Of a DNA stretch of 64,000 bases, positions 49,931 to 63,840 are shown piece by piece (the first letter of the stretch is position 1; every line of letters starts with the position of its first letter). The DNA is from Mobula hypostoma (Eukaryota). Below the pieces are notes generated by a model. The model searched no databases, was not told the origin of the DNA, and saw nothing but the letters and a program-made list of their open reading frames with translations. The DNA is taken from contig NC_086097.1 in the NCBI RefSeq assembly GCF_963921235.1, positions 61,258,001 through 61,322,000 of the forward strand, given 5' to 3'. A program made the translations under genes and the position numbers.

Positions 49931-51599
49931 GTGTTGACCATATTCATCAATTAGTAGCCATCCTGACCTCTGAATCTCTGTGGGTTCAAATCTGATATTT
50001 GATCACAAGACCTAGACATTGGATATACTTAAATCAGAGGTTGATAGGTTCTTGTTTAGTAAGGGCATCAAAAGTCAGAGGTTTTATGTTGAGAGCAATA
50101 ATAAATCAGTCATGATGGAACGGCAGAGCAACCACGATGGGCTAAGTGACCAAATTCTGCTCTTGTGCCTATGGTCTATGGTCTTATGGTTCACACTCCA
50201 GTGTAATAGTGTTTCATGGCTGGAGATGCTGTCCTTTGGATGAGATGCTCAACTATGATACTATCTGTCTTGTCAGGTGAGTACAGTAGAATTCCTTGAC
50301 TTTATGTTAAAGAAGAGGAGCAGGGTTATCCCCAGTGTCTTGGCCCATAATAATCCATTGAATAAAATCACATGGAACGGTTGTCTGGTCATTTCCAAAT
50401 TATGGTTTGGTGGGAGGTTGCCACCTCACTAACTACATTAGAACAAAAAACATAGTTTAAAAGTATTACTTCAGCAAAGTCATCTGGGCAGTCTGAGGTT
50501 GTGAGATGAGCAGTTTATTGTTTGGTCTCAGAAAAGTTACCTTTGAACTATTGGTAAATTGAATAACTTGAATTAAGTTCTCCCAGTGGTGAGCAGCCTA
50601 TGGAGGTATTACAACCTCCTGTAGTTTGTCCAATTAATATTAATGAGATTCAAGCTATTTTCAGATTATCTCAGTGTTCTGTTTCAAGTGCACCTTATGG
50701 CCATGTGCATGTCTTTGCACCCAAAATCAGCAGTGTCTGAGTTATTTGTGCTCAGTGCATTTACAATTTAATTTGTGCTTTCTCTAACATTACTAATCAA
50801 TTTGAACTGCCTGCAGCCACTTGTCATGAATTTATTCAAACAGTCCTCTTTAAATTTTTATGAGTGTGTTTGATTACTGCTAAACTCAAACCTGTTCTGA
50901 AATCCATGTGGCTCTATCTCATAGATATTTTAGATGAATGCCTAGAAATCTGATTTTACCCTCTTGTGTTGGATCAAGCATGCACTGCTTAAATTATCTC
51001 TGTCCAGTTGCATCCCCTGTGAAAATATTATGATATTGAGCAATATTATGTTAAGGACATGGCTTTGGAGTTTTCACACAAAATCACGTGCTGAGACAGT
51101 ACCTATGTGGCTGCCATCAGAGCCCCTTGTGAAGCTCACTCCTGCCATATTACTGCCAGGCTGATCTCATGAGTCTTTAAAGTACTCTGCCCACCTGGCA
51201 ACCACACAGACATTGTCATCTAGTTGAAGGAAAGTGCAGATGAAGTATGGAATTAGATAAATGTATCTCTAATACTTGCAGCTATCCTCCTAGTAATGGC
51301 CAACCTAATTGAATCCCATGCTGCAAGGGAACCTGAACCACTGTGAAACATTGGCAATCAAGCAGCTAGAGATTGTAGCATTCAGCTCCGATGAGAATTG
51401 TAATGAAAGGACAACTAAAAATGAAGGCTCCATTATTTTAAACACAGAAACTGGAGACACGACCAATTATGTGTGCCAATCCTACATATTCTGTTCTTAG
51501 TCCTTCTGTGAAAGAGCAACAGAGGTTGCAGATTACACTCAAACACTCCTCATAGTATCAAGGAGGAAATATGCAATGGACAGCTAACAGCTGAGAAAT

Positions 51600-53640
51600 A
51601 CCATAAGACCATAAGACGTAGGAGTAGAATTAAGCCATCTTGGCCCATCGAGTTTGCTATGCCATTTCATCCTGACTGATCCATTTTCCTTTCAATCCCA
51701 TTCTCCTACCTTATGCTGATAACCTTTCAAGCCATAGCTAATCAAGAACCCATCAACCTTTGCCTTAAATACACCCAATCACCAGGATCAACAGCCACAT
51801 GTGGCAACAAGTTCCACTGATTCACCACCATCTCACTTATGTAATTTCTCCTCATCTCCATTCTAAATGGAACCCATTCTATTCTGAAGCTATGCCTTCC
51901 AATCCTAGACTCCCCACTATAGGATGCATCTTCTCCACATCAAATCTATCTAGGCCATTCAACATTTGATAGGTTTCAATGAGATTTCCCACCTCACTCG
52001 CATTTTGCTAAATTCCATTAAGTACGGGTCCAGAACCATCAAATGCTCCTCCATAGGTTTCAATGAGATTTGCCACCTCACCTGCATTTTTCTAAATTCC
52101 ACTAAGTACAGGCCCAGAACCATCAAACGCTCCTCTTGAGATCTAGGACTAACCTGATTTTCCAAAACTACCTGCGTATTGAAAACCCCCATGACTATTG
52201 TAACATTGCCCTTTTGGCATGCATTTTCTATCTTCCATTGTAATTTCTAGACCACATCTTTACTACTATTTGGGAGTCTGTATATAACTTCCATCAGGGT
52301 ATTCATAGTTTTGCAGTTCCTTAGCTCTCCCCACAACGGTTCAACACCTACCAACCCCATGTCACCTCTTTCTAATGATTTGATTTCACTTTTTACCAAC
52401 AGAGCCATGCCACTCCCTCTGTCTACTTGCCTGTCCTTTCAATAGAATGAGTATCACTGGATGTTTAGTTCCCAGCTATAATTTTCCTTTTCCATGATTC
52501 AATGATATCTACAACATTATACATGCCAATCTGTAACTGTACTACAAGTTAATCTACCTTATTCTGTACACTGCACACATTCAGATAAAACACTTTCAGT
52601 CCTGTATTCACCCTTTTCGATTTTGTCTGTCTTTTACATTGCAACATCCTGTTGACTGCAATTTGCCCTAACATCAACCTCTCCTTGTTAGCAGTCTCAT
52701 TACATACTGTCTCTGTTTGTAAACCAACTACTTCATCCTCAGCACCATCATTCTGATTCGCATCCCCCTGCCAAGTTAGGTAAATCTTCCTGAGCAACTC
52801 TAGCAAACCTGCCCACAAGGATCTTAGTCCTCCACGGGTTCAGGTGTAACCAGTCCCTTTTGTACAGTTTGTTCCTTCCCCAGAAGAGACCCCTATGATC
52901 CATAAATCTGAACCTCTGCCCCTTGTGCCAGTTCCCCACCCACACATTTACCTGCCAAGTCATCCTACTCTTACCCACACTGGTGCATGGCAAGGGCAGC
53001 AATCCAGAGATTACTACCACAGAGGTCCTGCTTTTCAGCTTTCTACCTAGCTCCCTAAAATCTCTCTTCAGGACCTCCTCACCTTGTGCTAATATGTACC
53101 AAGACCTCTGGCTGCTCACCATCTCCTTTTAGAATGCGGTGAACCCAATCTGAGACATCCCTGATCCTGACAGCTGGGAGGCAACATACCATCCAGGTGT
53201 CTCTATTGTGCCCACAGAATCTCATCTCTGTTCCTCTAACTATGGAATCTCCTATCACCACTGCAGTCCTCCTCACCTTTCTTCTCTTCTGAGCTACTGC
53301 ACCAGACTCAGTGCCAGAGACCTGGTGAGAAACATATTATTGAGGAAAACAGCTACAAGGGTAATCTGCACTGGTCATGCATTTTATTTCCTTCCCTTGA
53401 CTGTCACCCAGTTATCTACCTTCTGCAACCTAGGGGAGATTACATCCCTGTAGCTCCAATCAATCACCTCCTCATTCTCCCGTATGAGACAACGGTCATC
53501 TGGTGGCAGTTCCAGATCCTTAATACATTCTCTGAGGTGTTGCAGCTCGGAGCACCTGGTGTAGATGTGGAAGTCATCCAGAATTTCTTCATCTCACACA
53601 CAGTACAAACACTGCCCCTGAAGCCATTCTCACTGCACTA
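51600..53640 (-). mobile_element. CR1 LINE with a large internal deletion (ORF1 esterase, EN start, 3' end)
   Basis: ORFs 53079-53276(-) AVVIGDSIVRG, 52748-53122(-) and 52549-52818(-) LKVFYLNVCSVQNKVD; tail ccataagaccataaga. Confidence 0.85.
51969..52135. repeat. Tandem duplication, 84-bp period, 2 copies
   Basis: ataggtttcaatgagattt…aaccatcaaa.gctcctc starts at 51969 and 52053. Confidence 0.85.
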
Positions 53641-53944
53641 TTATGCCCTAGCATATGAGGAATGAAGAAATAAGAAAAAAAAAATGAGGAACTTACCAGA
53701 CACTTTACCTCACCCAAGTCTGATGAGCCAAAGCCACTCTTAACACTGACCCACTCACAACAATGTTTGCTCCAAGAAGGGCTGGTCCACTTGTGCTTGC
53801 ATTATTTTTATTCACCCTTTCTCATTAATCCTGCTCGGTGATTGGTTGCTGTTCAACTCCAGGAAACTGCCACGTAGTTCTGCCTTTTTAATCTTGAGTG
53901 TTGACCTAATTGAAAAGGTAGTTCTCTTCTCGTACTTCTGCTCA

Positions 53945-54460
53945 GTGATTATTCCCATTCTGCCTTCTGCCAATCAGCCAATCATCCACCCATGTTAGGA
54001 TCTTTCCTGTAATACCATAGACTCTTAGTTTGTTAAGCAGCCTCATGTGTGGTACCTTGTTAAAGGCCTTCTGAAAATCCAAGCACACAACATCCATCAA
54101 TTCTCCTTTGTCTATCCTGATTGTTATTTCCTCAAAAACATCCAACAGATTTGTCTGGTAAGAATTTCTCTTAAGGAAGCCATGCTGAATTTGGCTTATT
54201 TTATGTTGTGCCTCCAAGTACCCTGAGACTTAATCCTTAACAATTGACTTCAAAATTTTCCCATCCACTGAGGTCAGACTAAATGGCCTAAAATGTCTTT
54301 TTTTTCTGCCTCCCTCCCTTCTTGAAGGGTAGAGTGTCACTAATGGCTCCACAATTTCTTGAGCTATCTCTTTCAGAACCCTGGGGTATAGTCCATCTGG
54401 TCCAGGTGTTTTAATCTACCTTTAGACTTTGGGAAACTTCCCAAGAACCTTCTCTCTTAG
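53945..54460 (-). mobile_element. CR1 RT fragment
   Basis: ORF 53942-54217(-) QHGFLK…DVVCLDFQKAFNKVPH. Confidence 0.85.
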
Positions 54461-55099
54461 AAATAGCACCAAGTAATAGTAAAATGTCAATAGCACTCAT
54501 GGATGTGTTTGACAGCTTTCTGATGCGTCCAATTTCTTCTGAAATTTATCACTAGACCATTTTCCCTGGAAAAAATTACTTTCATACACAATTTGGACAA
54601 GAAATAATTACATATGAAAATACGAACATGGATCTAATTGATAGGTCAAAGTGTCCCTCTTGACAAAATAGGATCTTAAGTTTCCATACAATCTCAGCAA
54701 TGATAAGGTGTGCCATAGGAGAATGATCAATCATAAACTGACTTGCAATTCCACTAACATATTAAGGTGATTGAACAAAACCTTGATTAAAGAAGTAAGT
54801 TTCACACTACCTTTTTAAGGATAGATATAGAGGGAATAGATGTAGAGATCTTGAAAAGATTAGGTATGAATACTGAAACTTTGAAATTAGGCAGATAATA
54901 GAATGACTATTAATGATTAATAATTGGCCAACAAAATAAAGATCCAGAATTAGAACAACACAGAAATCTCAGAGGTCATATAGCTGGAGGAAGTTACAGA
55001 GATAAGTTGTGGCCAGGCCATGAAGGGATTGAGAATCATACATGACAATTTTAAAAATAAGCTTTTGCTTATACAACAGTTAATGTAGAAAGCAAGGGT

Positions 55100-55935
55100 A
55101 ATAGTTGCCCAAAAAGAGCAGGTTAAACAGTTTCAATTACTATCACTCACTTGCAATCACATCGATTCTCTTGAAGTGCTTTGAGAAGGTGGTCATGACC
55201 AGAATCAACTCCTGCTTGTCCATTTGGCCTTCAGACACCTGGACAATATCAATACCTACATCAGGCTGCTGCTTATTGATCACAGCACAGCGTTCAACAC
55301 AATCATGCACTCGGTCCTAGGCATCAGAACCTAGGCTTGTAAACGGCCCTCTGGAAGTGGATCCTTAACGTCCTCACCAGGAGACTAAAGTCAGTGCCGA
55401 TCAGAAACAATATTTCCTCCTCGCTGACAATCAGCACTGGCACACCTCAAGTATGCATGCTTAGCCCACTGCTCTACTCTCATTACATCCACGACTGTGT
55501 GGATAGTGGATAGCTCAAACACCGTCTATAAGTTTCTTGATGACACAACTTCTGTTGGCAGAATTTCAGATGGTGACGAGGTGGCTTATAGGAGCAAGAT
55601 AGGTCAGAAGTGAAAAGGGTGAGCAGTTTTAAGTTCCTGGATGTCAACATCTCTGAAGATTTTTTCTGTGCCGACGTATTGAAGCATTTACAATGGAGGC
55701 ACAACAGCAGCTATATTTGTTTAGGAGGTTGATGAGACTCTGTATGTCACCAAAGACTCTTGCAAATCTCTACAGATGTACCATGGAGATCATTCGGTCT
55801 GGTTGCATCACCATCTGACATGGAGGGGCCACCGCACAGGATCAGAAAAGGCTACAGTAAGTTGTAAACTCAGCCAGCTCCATTGTGGTCACTAGCCTTC
55901 CAAACATCGAACACACCTTTAAAAGGTGATAGCTC
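55100..55935 (+). mobile_element. Rex1/Babar RT fragment
   Basis: LAITSILLKCFEKVV; TGTPQVCMLSPLLYS; KFLDDTT. Confidence 0.8.
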
Positions 55936-57194
55936 AAGTTCACTCCTTGCCACTTACACATCCATTTACCTTCTATAAACCTTCCATTGTAGGTCTGCGG
56001 CTGTGAGTGATGAAGATACTCTTTTAACATAACTAAACACATTGATTTCTCTATAGTATTAGAATAGTTTAGACATGGTACAAAGAGAAGTTGTTTTTTT
56101 ACCTAATTGAGCATTAGTAACTATATCAAATTCAGAAACATGAGTATTTTTAGGATTGTTTAGCTTGTAGCATTCACAGATGCAAAAATTCTCTGGAGAA
56201 ATACAGAAGGCAAACCTAATCATTCGGGTGACTGGTCACTACAACACATAGTCACATCATAAATATTGTAATACCTTTCTTCTCAAAAGTAATGTTACTC
56301 TTTAACTGTTGGCTGTTGTTCTTTAATGTTAGATTTATATAGTGTGATTAATTTGCCTTGAATGTGAAAGTAGAAATGGAGACATAAAAGCACCTCCCTC
56401 TTGGTCCAAGATCTTCTTTGTTGAATAATAATTCACAATTGTTTCCCAATTACAATCAGATGGTTAAGCTGTTTGCAAAATTCATCATTAATGGAAGAGT
56501 TCCACAAAAATGGATTTCTTCCAGCTTACCTCACATGCATAATCATAAATATTATTTTTGTTAGGTATGTTCTACAGTGTGTATCTGCCATCTTACCTGC
56601 TTTTGACAGAACCACCACAATAACTTTTGTAATCTCAACAGTCTTCTCTAAAATGTAATTGTTTATTAATTAAATACAATTATTCCCAATGGTCAATGAT
56701 CTGATTCCATATTCACTATGTTCATCCATACAGTTCATGTTTCTGTCTGGCAACCACAATGATTAAGAGCTTCTTATCAATATGTGCATTTCCAGTCTCT
56801 ACTATTGCTATTGGCCTTGATGTATTGCCAACAGATTATTCATTCTGCATCATTGTTGCTCCAAATCCAGACTGAGATGCATCATATTGTATTTCTTGTT
56901 TAAGATTATATAAGAACCAGTAAAATAATGACTGTGACTTAAGATTTTGCAGCATCACTTCTTGGGATTGTCCCTATAACAATTTTGTATCTGTCCTTGT
57001 GAGCAGGGTCACATTAGCTGATTAATTACGATCTAAGCAGAGAGAAAGAAAATTGCCACTGTTGAACTAAATGAAACTAATGGGGTTGTTACTGGAACGA
57101 GAATATCTTGTTTGACCAGACTATTCTGCAGTTGTTTTTCAAGTCTCTGGCACCCTGAAGAAAACAGTTCATCGTTAGCCTGATTTTAATGCGT

Positions 57195-57780
57195 ATTATA
57201 CTTTATACTTTATACTTTATTGTCGCCAAACAATTGATACTAGAACGTACAATCATCACAGCGATATTTGATTCTGCGCTTCCCACTCCCTGGATTACAA
57301 ATATTAAATATTAAAAATATTAAAAATTAGTAAATATTAAAAAATTAAATTATAATTCATAAATAGAAAATAGAAAAATGGAAAGTAAGGTAGTGCAAAA
57401 AAACCGAGAGGCAGGTCCAGATATTTGGAGGGTATGGCCCAGATCTGGATCAGGATCCATTCAGCAGTCTTATCACAGTTGGAAGGAAGCTGTTCCCAAA
57501 TCTGGCCATACGAGTCTTCAAGCTCCTGAGCCTTCTCCCGAAGGGAAGAGGGACGAAAAGTGTGTTGGCTGGGTGGGTCGTGTCCTCGATTATCCTGGCA
57601 GCACTGCTCCGACAGCGTGCGGTGTAAAGTGAGTCCACGGAAGGAAGATTGGTTTGTGTGATGTGCTGGGCCATGTTCACAATCTTCTGCAGCTTCTTTC
57701 GGTCTTGGACAGGACAAATTCCATACCAGGTTGTGATACACCCTAGAAGAATGCTTTCTACGGTGCAGCTATAAAAATTA
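57195..57780 (-). mobile_element. Young Rex1/Babar 3' fragment
   Basis: Open ORF 57450-57788(-) NFYSCTVESILLGCITTWYG…HPANTLFVPLPFGRR…RFGNSFLPTVIRLLN; (tatactt)n tail; possible TSD TATTAT. Confidence 0.88.
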
Positions 57781-58069
57781 TTATCCATTTACATCACTTA
57801 ACCAAGGGAGATATATATTATACCCCACCCAAATCTTGGTTATTGGCCTCCAGTTATTTAATTTATATAACATGACTCTAGTAGATGCAGGTTGATTCGT
57901 TGAATTAGATAATATCCATGCTAAAGAATGCCTTTTTGACTACCAAAAGTCTAACAGTCATCCTATCCACAAACTCACACTCCATGTACTTTTATAAACC
58001 AACAGTCCTATCTGTCATCTGAAAGGAAGATGATTCTATTGCAAGCTATAAAGGGATTTAAGTGCTTCG

Positions 58070-58325
58070 GGCAGTGTGTTTCTGTGTGGTAGTGGTTATC
58101 ATAACACTATTACAGTGCCAGTGACACGGATTCATTTCCAATGCTGTCTGTAAGGAGTTTGTACATTCTGCACGTGACTCTGTGGGATCCCTCTGGGTGC
58201 TCTGCTTTACTTCCATATTTCAAAGACGTAAGGTTTGACAGGTTAATTGGTCACATGGGTGTAATTGGATGGTGTGGACTCATGGAACTGGTAGGGCCCG
58301 TACCATGCCATATCTCTAAATAAAC
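58070..58325 (+). mobile_element. V-SINE/HE1-like tRNA-derived SINE
   Basis: tRNA-like head, central ctgtaaggagtttgtacattct…ctctgggtgctctgcttt…caaagacgt…ggttaattgg, and tail tatctctaaataaa. Confidence 0.65.
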
Positions 58326-58614
58326 TTTCTATGCATACTGATTGACATGGGACACTTGTTACAAATTTTACTAAAGCAAGGGTGCTGTAAAGTTCTTATT
58401 TATTCCCACATTTCTGACAGCATTGTGGTTTAGTTTTTTTGTAAACTGAGCTTGGAGTTTTATTCTGTCACTCCTGCAGGTTTCCTTGAATTTATGTGCT
58501 GTACCCACATACTGTCCCATTGACTCATTAATTTCTTTAAGCTTGCACCTGCATGCATTCTGTTGCACGGTAAATCCTGCCTGTTTTCTCCTGGTGCCTA
58601 CTAGTTTCATAATT

Positions 58615-58890
58615 CAACAGTTGGAGTATTGTCAACAGTTTCGGGCCCTTATCTCTGAAAGGATGTGTTGTCATTGGAGAAAGTCCAGAAGAGGTTCACA
58701 AGGATGTTTCTGGGAATGAAGGGGTTAACATATGAGGAATGTTTGGCAGCGTTGGACCTGTATTCACTGGAATTTAGAAGAATAAGGGGGTATCTCATTG
58801 AAATCTACCAAATGCTGAAAGGACTAGATAGGGTGGATATGGAGAGGATGTTTTCTGTGGCGGGGGTATCCAGAATTAGAGGGCACAGAT
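58615..58890 (+). mobile_element. CR1 3' ORF2 fragment
   Basis: LEKVQKRFTRM…YSLEFRRIRGYLIEIYQMLKG. Confidence 0.85.
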
Positions 58891-61800
58891 ATTCTGATAT
58901 TATTGGATGAAACTCACAATCTTTGACAAATTTTCAGACCACTTTAGTCTCTGGGGAATATTCCTGAGGAATATCTTACTGTGTTGGAATACCTGAAAAA
59001 ATTTCTTAACACCAGGTATGATCGTGTTACATTTGCATGTTATGCCTACTGTATCCAGGTGTAAAAAAAATAATTCATTCTCTTTCACTGCTGTGATGGT
59101 GGATGGAAGTGTTGCTATCTGGACTCATTCCGCCCCCTGAGCCAGCTTCACCGTTAGAGAATAATGACGGCAATCTGACTCTATTAAACCCCACACTTCT
59201 ACAACATTTCTAACATGTAATGAGAGATTGTAGTAATGGTAGTACTTCCTGAAGCCTTTATTCAGACAGTTATGCTTCAGTGACTTTCAAACAACAAAAC
59301 CAGCTCCAGGATATTCAACAACTGAGTTGCCTCACAACCTTCAGCTCAGCCACCGTGTACTGATCCCTCTTTATAAGCATTGTTGAGATTTGCACAAAGG
59401 AAAATATATTTTATTTTCAAGTAAAATGGTGTAACTATATAGAAGTTTGGGATACAAGCATTTTACAGTATAATTTGTTGTTGTATTCACACAGACACAA
59501 AAACTTTGGAAAAATATACATTAAAAAAGAGTCTATTCATTTGACTTTTTTGTATTTGCTTTTGTTTTCTGCTACAAAACAATAAATTTCACAACATATA
59601 AGTCAGTAATAGAAAACCTGATTCTGATTCTGACTTTGTCATGTCATATATCCTTTACTCCATTCAAAGACAAAATAATACCATCATCTTTCTTAACATT
59701 AAAGTACAGAATAATCCTGTATCTCCACCAAAGAGACTTTTGTGATTCTTACGCTTACCTTGATAAAGACACATTTGCAGAATTGTTTCATGAGGTGATA
59801 AATCACTGCTGTAGTTGAACTTCACAAGAATGACTAAAGTGTTCCTACAGACTTCTATACCCACCGTCATCAGATTTTAGGACATAAATTGCTTTTTTCC
59901 TCTATTCATATTTACAAATTGCTAAACCTACCCAATATATTTGACAGTCCACAATTCTATCTGTGAGTATTCAGAAAATATATTGGAAGCTGACAGGAGC
60001 CAGGTGCCTAGCAACCACAGGCCTGCTGTGCTCATCGCATGCTCTCAACATGAATCACACGATTCATCAGTTCCAGCCGTTCAACCTCAGTAGATTCAGC
60101 AAGTGTGTTTAGTTGGCTGATTAACTCTGATTAATTGAATTTACTTTCATCTAGAATATTGACTGGTACCTGAGCACAATTAGAGCAAGTACAATTATTT
60201 TAAAAAGAGCAAATTTTATTAATGTTATGCTTCGATATGAATAGATGCTGTAGTTTTTTTAGCCTGTCTTGATATCACGACAGACTAATTAAGTTAATGT
60301 GTCAGACTCATAAGAGTGGAGTAAACCTTCAAGGAAAGAACTACCAATCTGTTCAAACAAAGCTTGAAGGCGAACAGCTCATTAATCTCTGGAGTATTCT
60401 GAATAAACCTTTGAAGCTTCCAAAACTTAATTTCCAAGATTTTATCATATCTATTGCAATAATTTGCTATGAATCTCTTATAGAGAATTTTCAAATGTAC
60501 TGGGAAATTCTTGGAAGCTTAGTCCTTTTAAAACATTCACTACAATCTGTAGTCAGGAGATTTGAACCACTAGTCAGCAACTAGGCCTCAAACCATATAA
60601 ATCCGTAGCCTTGTCCCAGACTGCTTCCATCAGCCTTTGAGAGGAGGCAAAGCTGGAGATAGAGTTTACTCTGTATCAAAACTATTTACAGATTTTACAT
60701 TCAAGATTATTAAACAATTAAAATTGAAATAAATATTAAAAACAAAGTGATTTCTACAAGATAGAAATATTCCTTAAAAATAAAATTTGCAAGTTATTAA
60801 TCAAGTGAAGCTAATGCAAAATATTTTTAAATGGACTATCCCTTTTGTTTCCCAATCATCAAAGTTTTAATACCCATTAAAAAAATGGGGGCTCGTATCT
60901 CATAATTCTGAAAGGCAAATCTCCAGTGCAAAGTTGGGGAATTCTAGCAAAACTGTGCCACACTTAGAGTACATGCAGAACCTATATGGTGAATGGACCA
61001 AGTCACCTGCACATTGCTGAACCATAGCAGATCCGCATAAGTTCCTGATTTTCACTTGAAAGGCTAGACAGGTGAAGTTTCATTTGTGATCACCAGCTGT
61101 AGACAGAAAAAATTGTTCTTCAGTTTATGATGATGGTGCAGAAAGTCTGTCATGATTATTACTAAGTTGCCACAGAAAATGAATATGAATCAACAGCTTG
61201 TGAATGAACATTGGATCTTGAAGGATTGTGGGGAGACAATTGGGGAGAGTGTTTTCAGAGGATCTCACATTTCATTAGTGCCTTTGACAGAGGATAAAGG
61301 CTCAGTTTGTACATGTTTATGGGGTTGCTGGCAGTTACACTGGCAAAGCAGGGGTCGCTCTGAAGATATGTCCTTAGATGTAACTATAAAGCTAAAAATG
61401 AAACATGAAATGGTAGGGTTATAGCGCAGAAATGTTTTTACTTACTTGCATGCATGCATATTCTATGTGTTACAAGTTTTCCATTGTACCTATCCCACAC
61501 CATACTTATGCATGTGACAATAAACTATTTGATTTGATTGCTTCTTACTTACTGTATCTTCTTAATGAACTCACATCATGTGCAAGACGCAAACATGTGA
61601 GAAACACAGCAAGATTCAAATTCCCATTCTGTTTCTGCCTCTCTGTATTGAGGATTCTCATTGAATTGCCTAAAGAGGAAGATGTTTAATGTATTATCTG
61701 AACAAAATTTCTGAAAATAATTGAATGATGTTAAAATGTGCTACTTCTAAAAATACTTCATCAGTTTTACAAGCCTGCACATAAGATTTTGACAAATCCC

Positions 61801-62071
61801 TTTACTCTCTTTTCTCAACCACTTCCATGTTCGGCCCTCAGCCTCAATTATACTAAAACACATTCTTTATCATTAGGGATATCACTAAGGATTTCTCCAG
61901 ATGTTACAGTTATAAAGCTGTCCTAATGGTGGGGGCTGCTGTAACTGTGTGTCTGAGTGTTACAGATAAAAACATTGGCATTTAGTGGCAAAATTATCTT
62001 CTTCCAGATGATGTGAGTGACATTCCTGATGGTTTTGCTGAACCATGCATCCAATACTGTTTCCCTCCTTC

Positions 62072-63600
62072 ATTCAAAGTTCAAAGTAAATTTACTTTCA
62101 AAGCACATATATGTCACCATATACAACTCTGAGATTTGTTTTCTTGTAGGCATACTCAATAAATCCATAATAGAATAAATGGAAGACCATACTAACTTGG
62201 GTATTCAACTAGTGTACAAAAGACAACAAGCTCCATATATAAAAAGAAAGAAATAATAATAATAAATACATAAACAATAAATATCAAGAACATGAAATGA
62301 AGAATCCTTGAAAGTGAGTCCACAGTTATGGGAGCATTTCCATAATGGGGAAAGTGAAGTTGAGTGATGTTATTCTCTATGGGTCAAGAGCTTAATGGTT
62401 AACTGTTCCTGAACCTGGTGGTATGAGGCCTAAAACTCCAGTATCCACCTCCTGATGGCAGCAGTGAGAACAGAGCAAGACCTGGATGGTGGGAGTCATT
62501 GATAATGGATGCTGTTTTCCTGTGCCAATGCTTCATGTAGATGTTCTAAGTGGTGAGGAGGACTCTGCCCATGATGAATTTAGATTAGATTAGATTATGA
62601 GGACACGCAGTCCTCTTTTATTGTCATTTAGTAATGCATGCGTTAAGAAATTATACAATATTCCTCCGGTGTGAAATCACAGAAACACAGGACAGACTGA
62701 AAAACTGACAAAAACCACATAATTATAACATATAGTTACAACCGTGCAAGCAATACTGTAACTTGATAAGGAACAGGCCGTGAGCACGGTAAAAAAGTTC
62801 AAAGTCTTTCGAAAGTCCTACATCTCACGCAGACAGGAGAAGGAAGAAAACTCTCCCTGCTATGCCCGACCACAGTTCAACTCTGAGTCATCCGAAAACT
62901 TCGAGCTCCGACCAGCCCTCCGACACTGAGCACCGAGCACCATCACTGCCGAATGCCTTGACCCCAACCCCGGTCGCCAGCAGCAGGCAAAGCCAAGGAT
63001 TTTGGGGCCTTCCCTCTGGAGATTCTCGATCACACAGTAGCAGCGACAGCAAACTGGACACTTCAAAAGTTACTCTAGATGTTCCTCCGTGCTCTCACGG
63101 CTGTCTCCATCAAATCAGGATTGTGCACGGCATCCTACTTACAAATACAATATCATTTCACCGGAGAGGCTACGCGCACTGCATCACACCGCCATCTTCT
63201 CCCTCCCTCTGGGCTATACCACTACTTCTGTGGGATGGGATTTTCTGTTAAATGGCATTGGTGTTTCTTTACCAGGCTGTGATACAGCCAGTCAATATAC
63301 TCTCTACCACACTTTAGTTTATCAAAAATTTAGATGTCATGCTGAATCTTTGCAAACTCCTAAGGAAGTAGTGGTACTGCCATGCTTTCTTTGTAATTAC
63401 ACTTACATGCTGCACCCAGTTCAGGTCCTCCAAACTGATAATGCCAAGGAATTTAAAGTTGCTGGCTCTCTCCACCTCTGGTCCTTTGACAAGGACTGGC
63501 TCATGGACCTCTGGTTTCCTCCTTCTGTGGTCAATAATCTCCTCTTTGGTCTTGCTTACAATGAGTAAGAGGCTGTTGCTGTGGCAACATTCATCCAGAT
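62072..63600 (-). mobile_element. Rex1/Babar LINE 3' part, split by a younger insertion
   Basis: Reverse-complement similarity to 44600-45480; tail ttcaaagttcaaagtaaatttact. Confidence 0.75.
62578..63208 (-). mobile_element. Non-coding retroposon (AAGATGGCGG start, (ctaat)n tail)
   Basis: ttagattagattagatt tail at the left, ccgccatctt at 63189-63198, CpG-rich; the host Rex sequence rejoins across it. Confidence 0.65.
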
Positions 63601-63840
63601 TCTATATTCCCATGCAGATTCCAGAGTTCTCTGTTTTGTTTCACCTGGCTGCTTGGTCCTGAGTGCAGCGTTCTGGATATTTTTAAAATTATCAGATAAA
63701 GGTTAATGTGACCTGATAGAAAAATATTGGGGCCTGTTTGAATTCATCAGGAAATGTCCCTGGGTTTCCCAAAATTCTGCTCGATTATATGGGATAGATC
63801 ATATTTTTAAAGGCGGTAGTCCATTTCGTATTCCCTCTAG

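Noticed and set aside
51969..52135. Functional repeat
   Set aside because: A simple local tandem duplication within a dead CR1 copy.
59075..59180. Minus-strand peptide LPSLFSNGEAGSGGGMSPDSNTSIHHHSSERE* as a terminal exon
   Set aside because: No convincing acceptor or recognisable homology.
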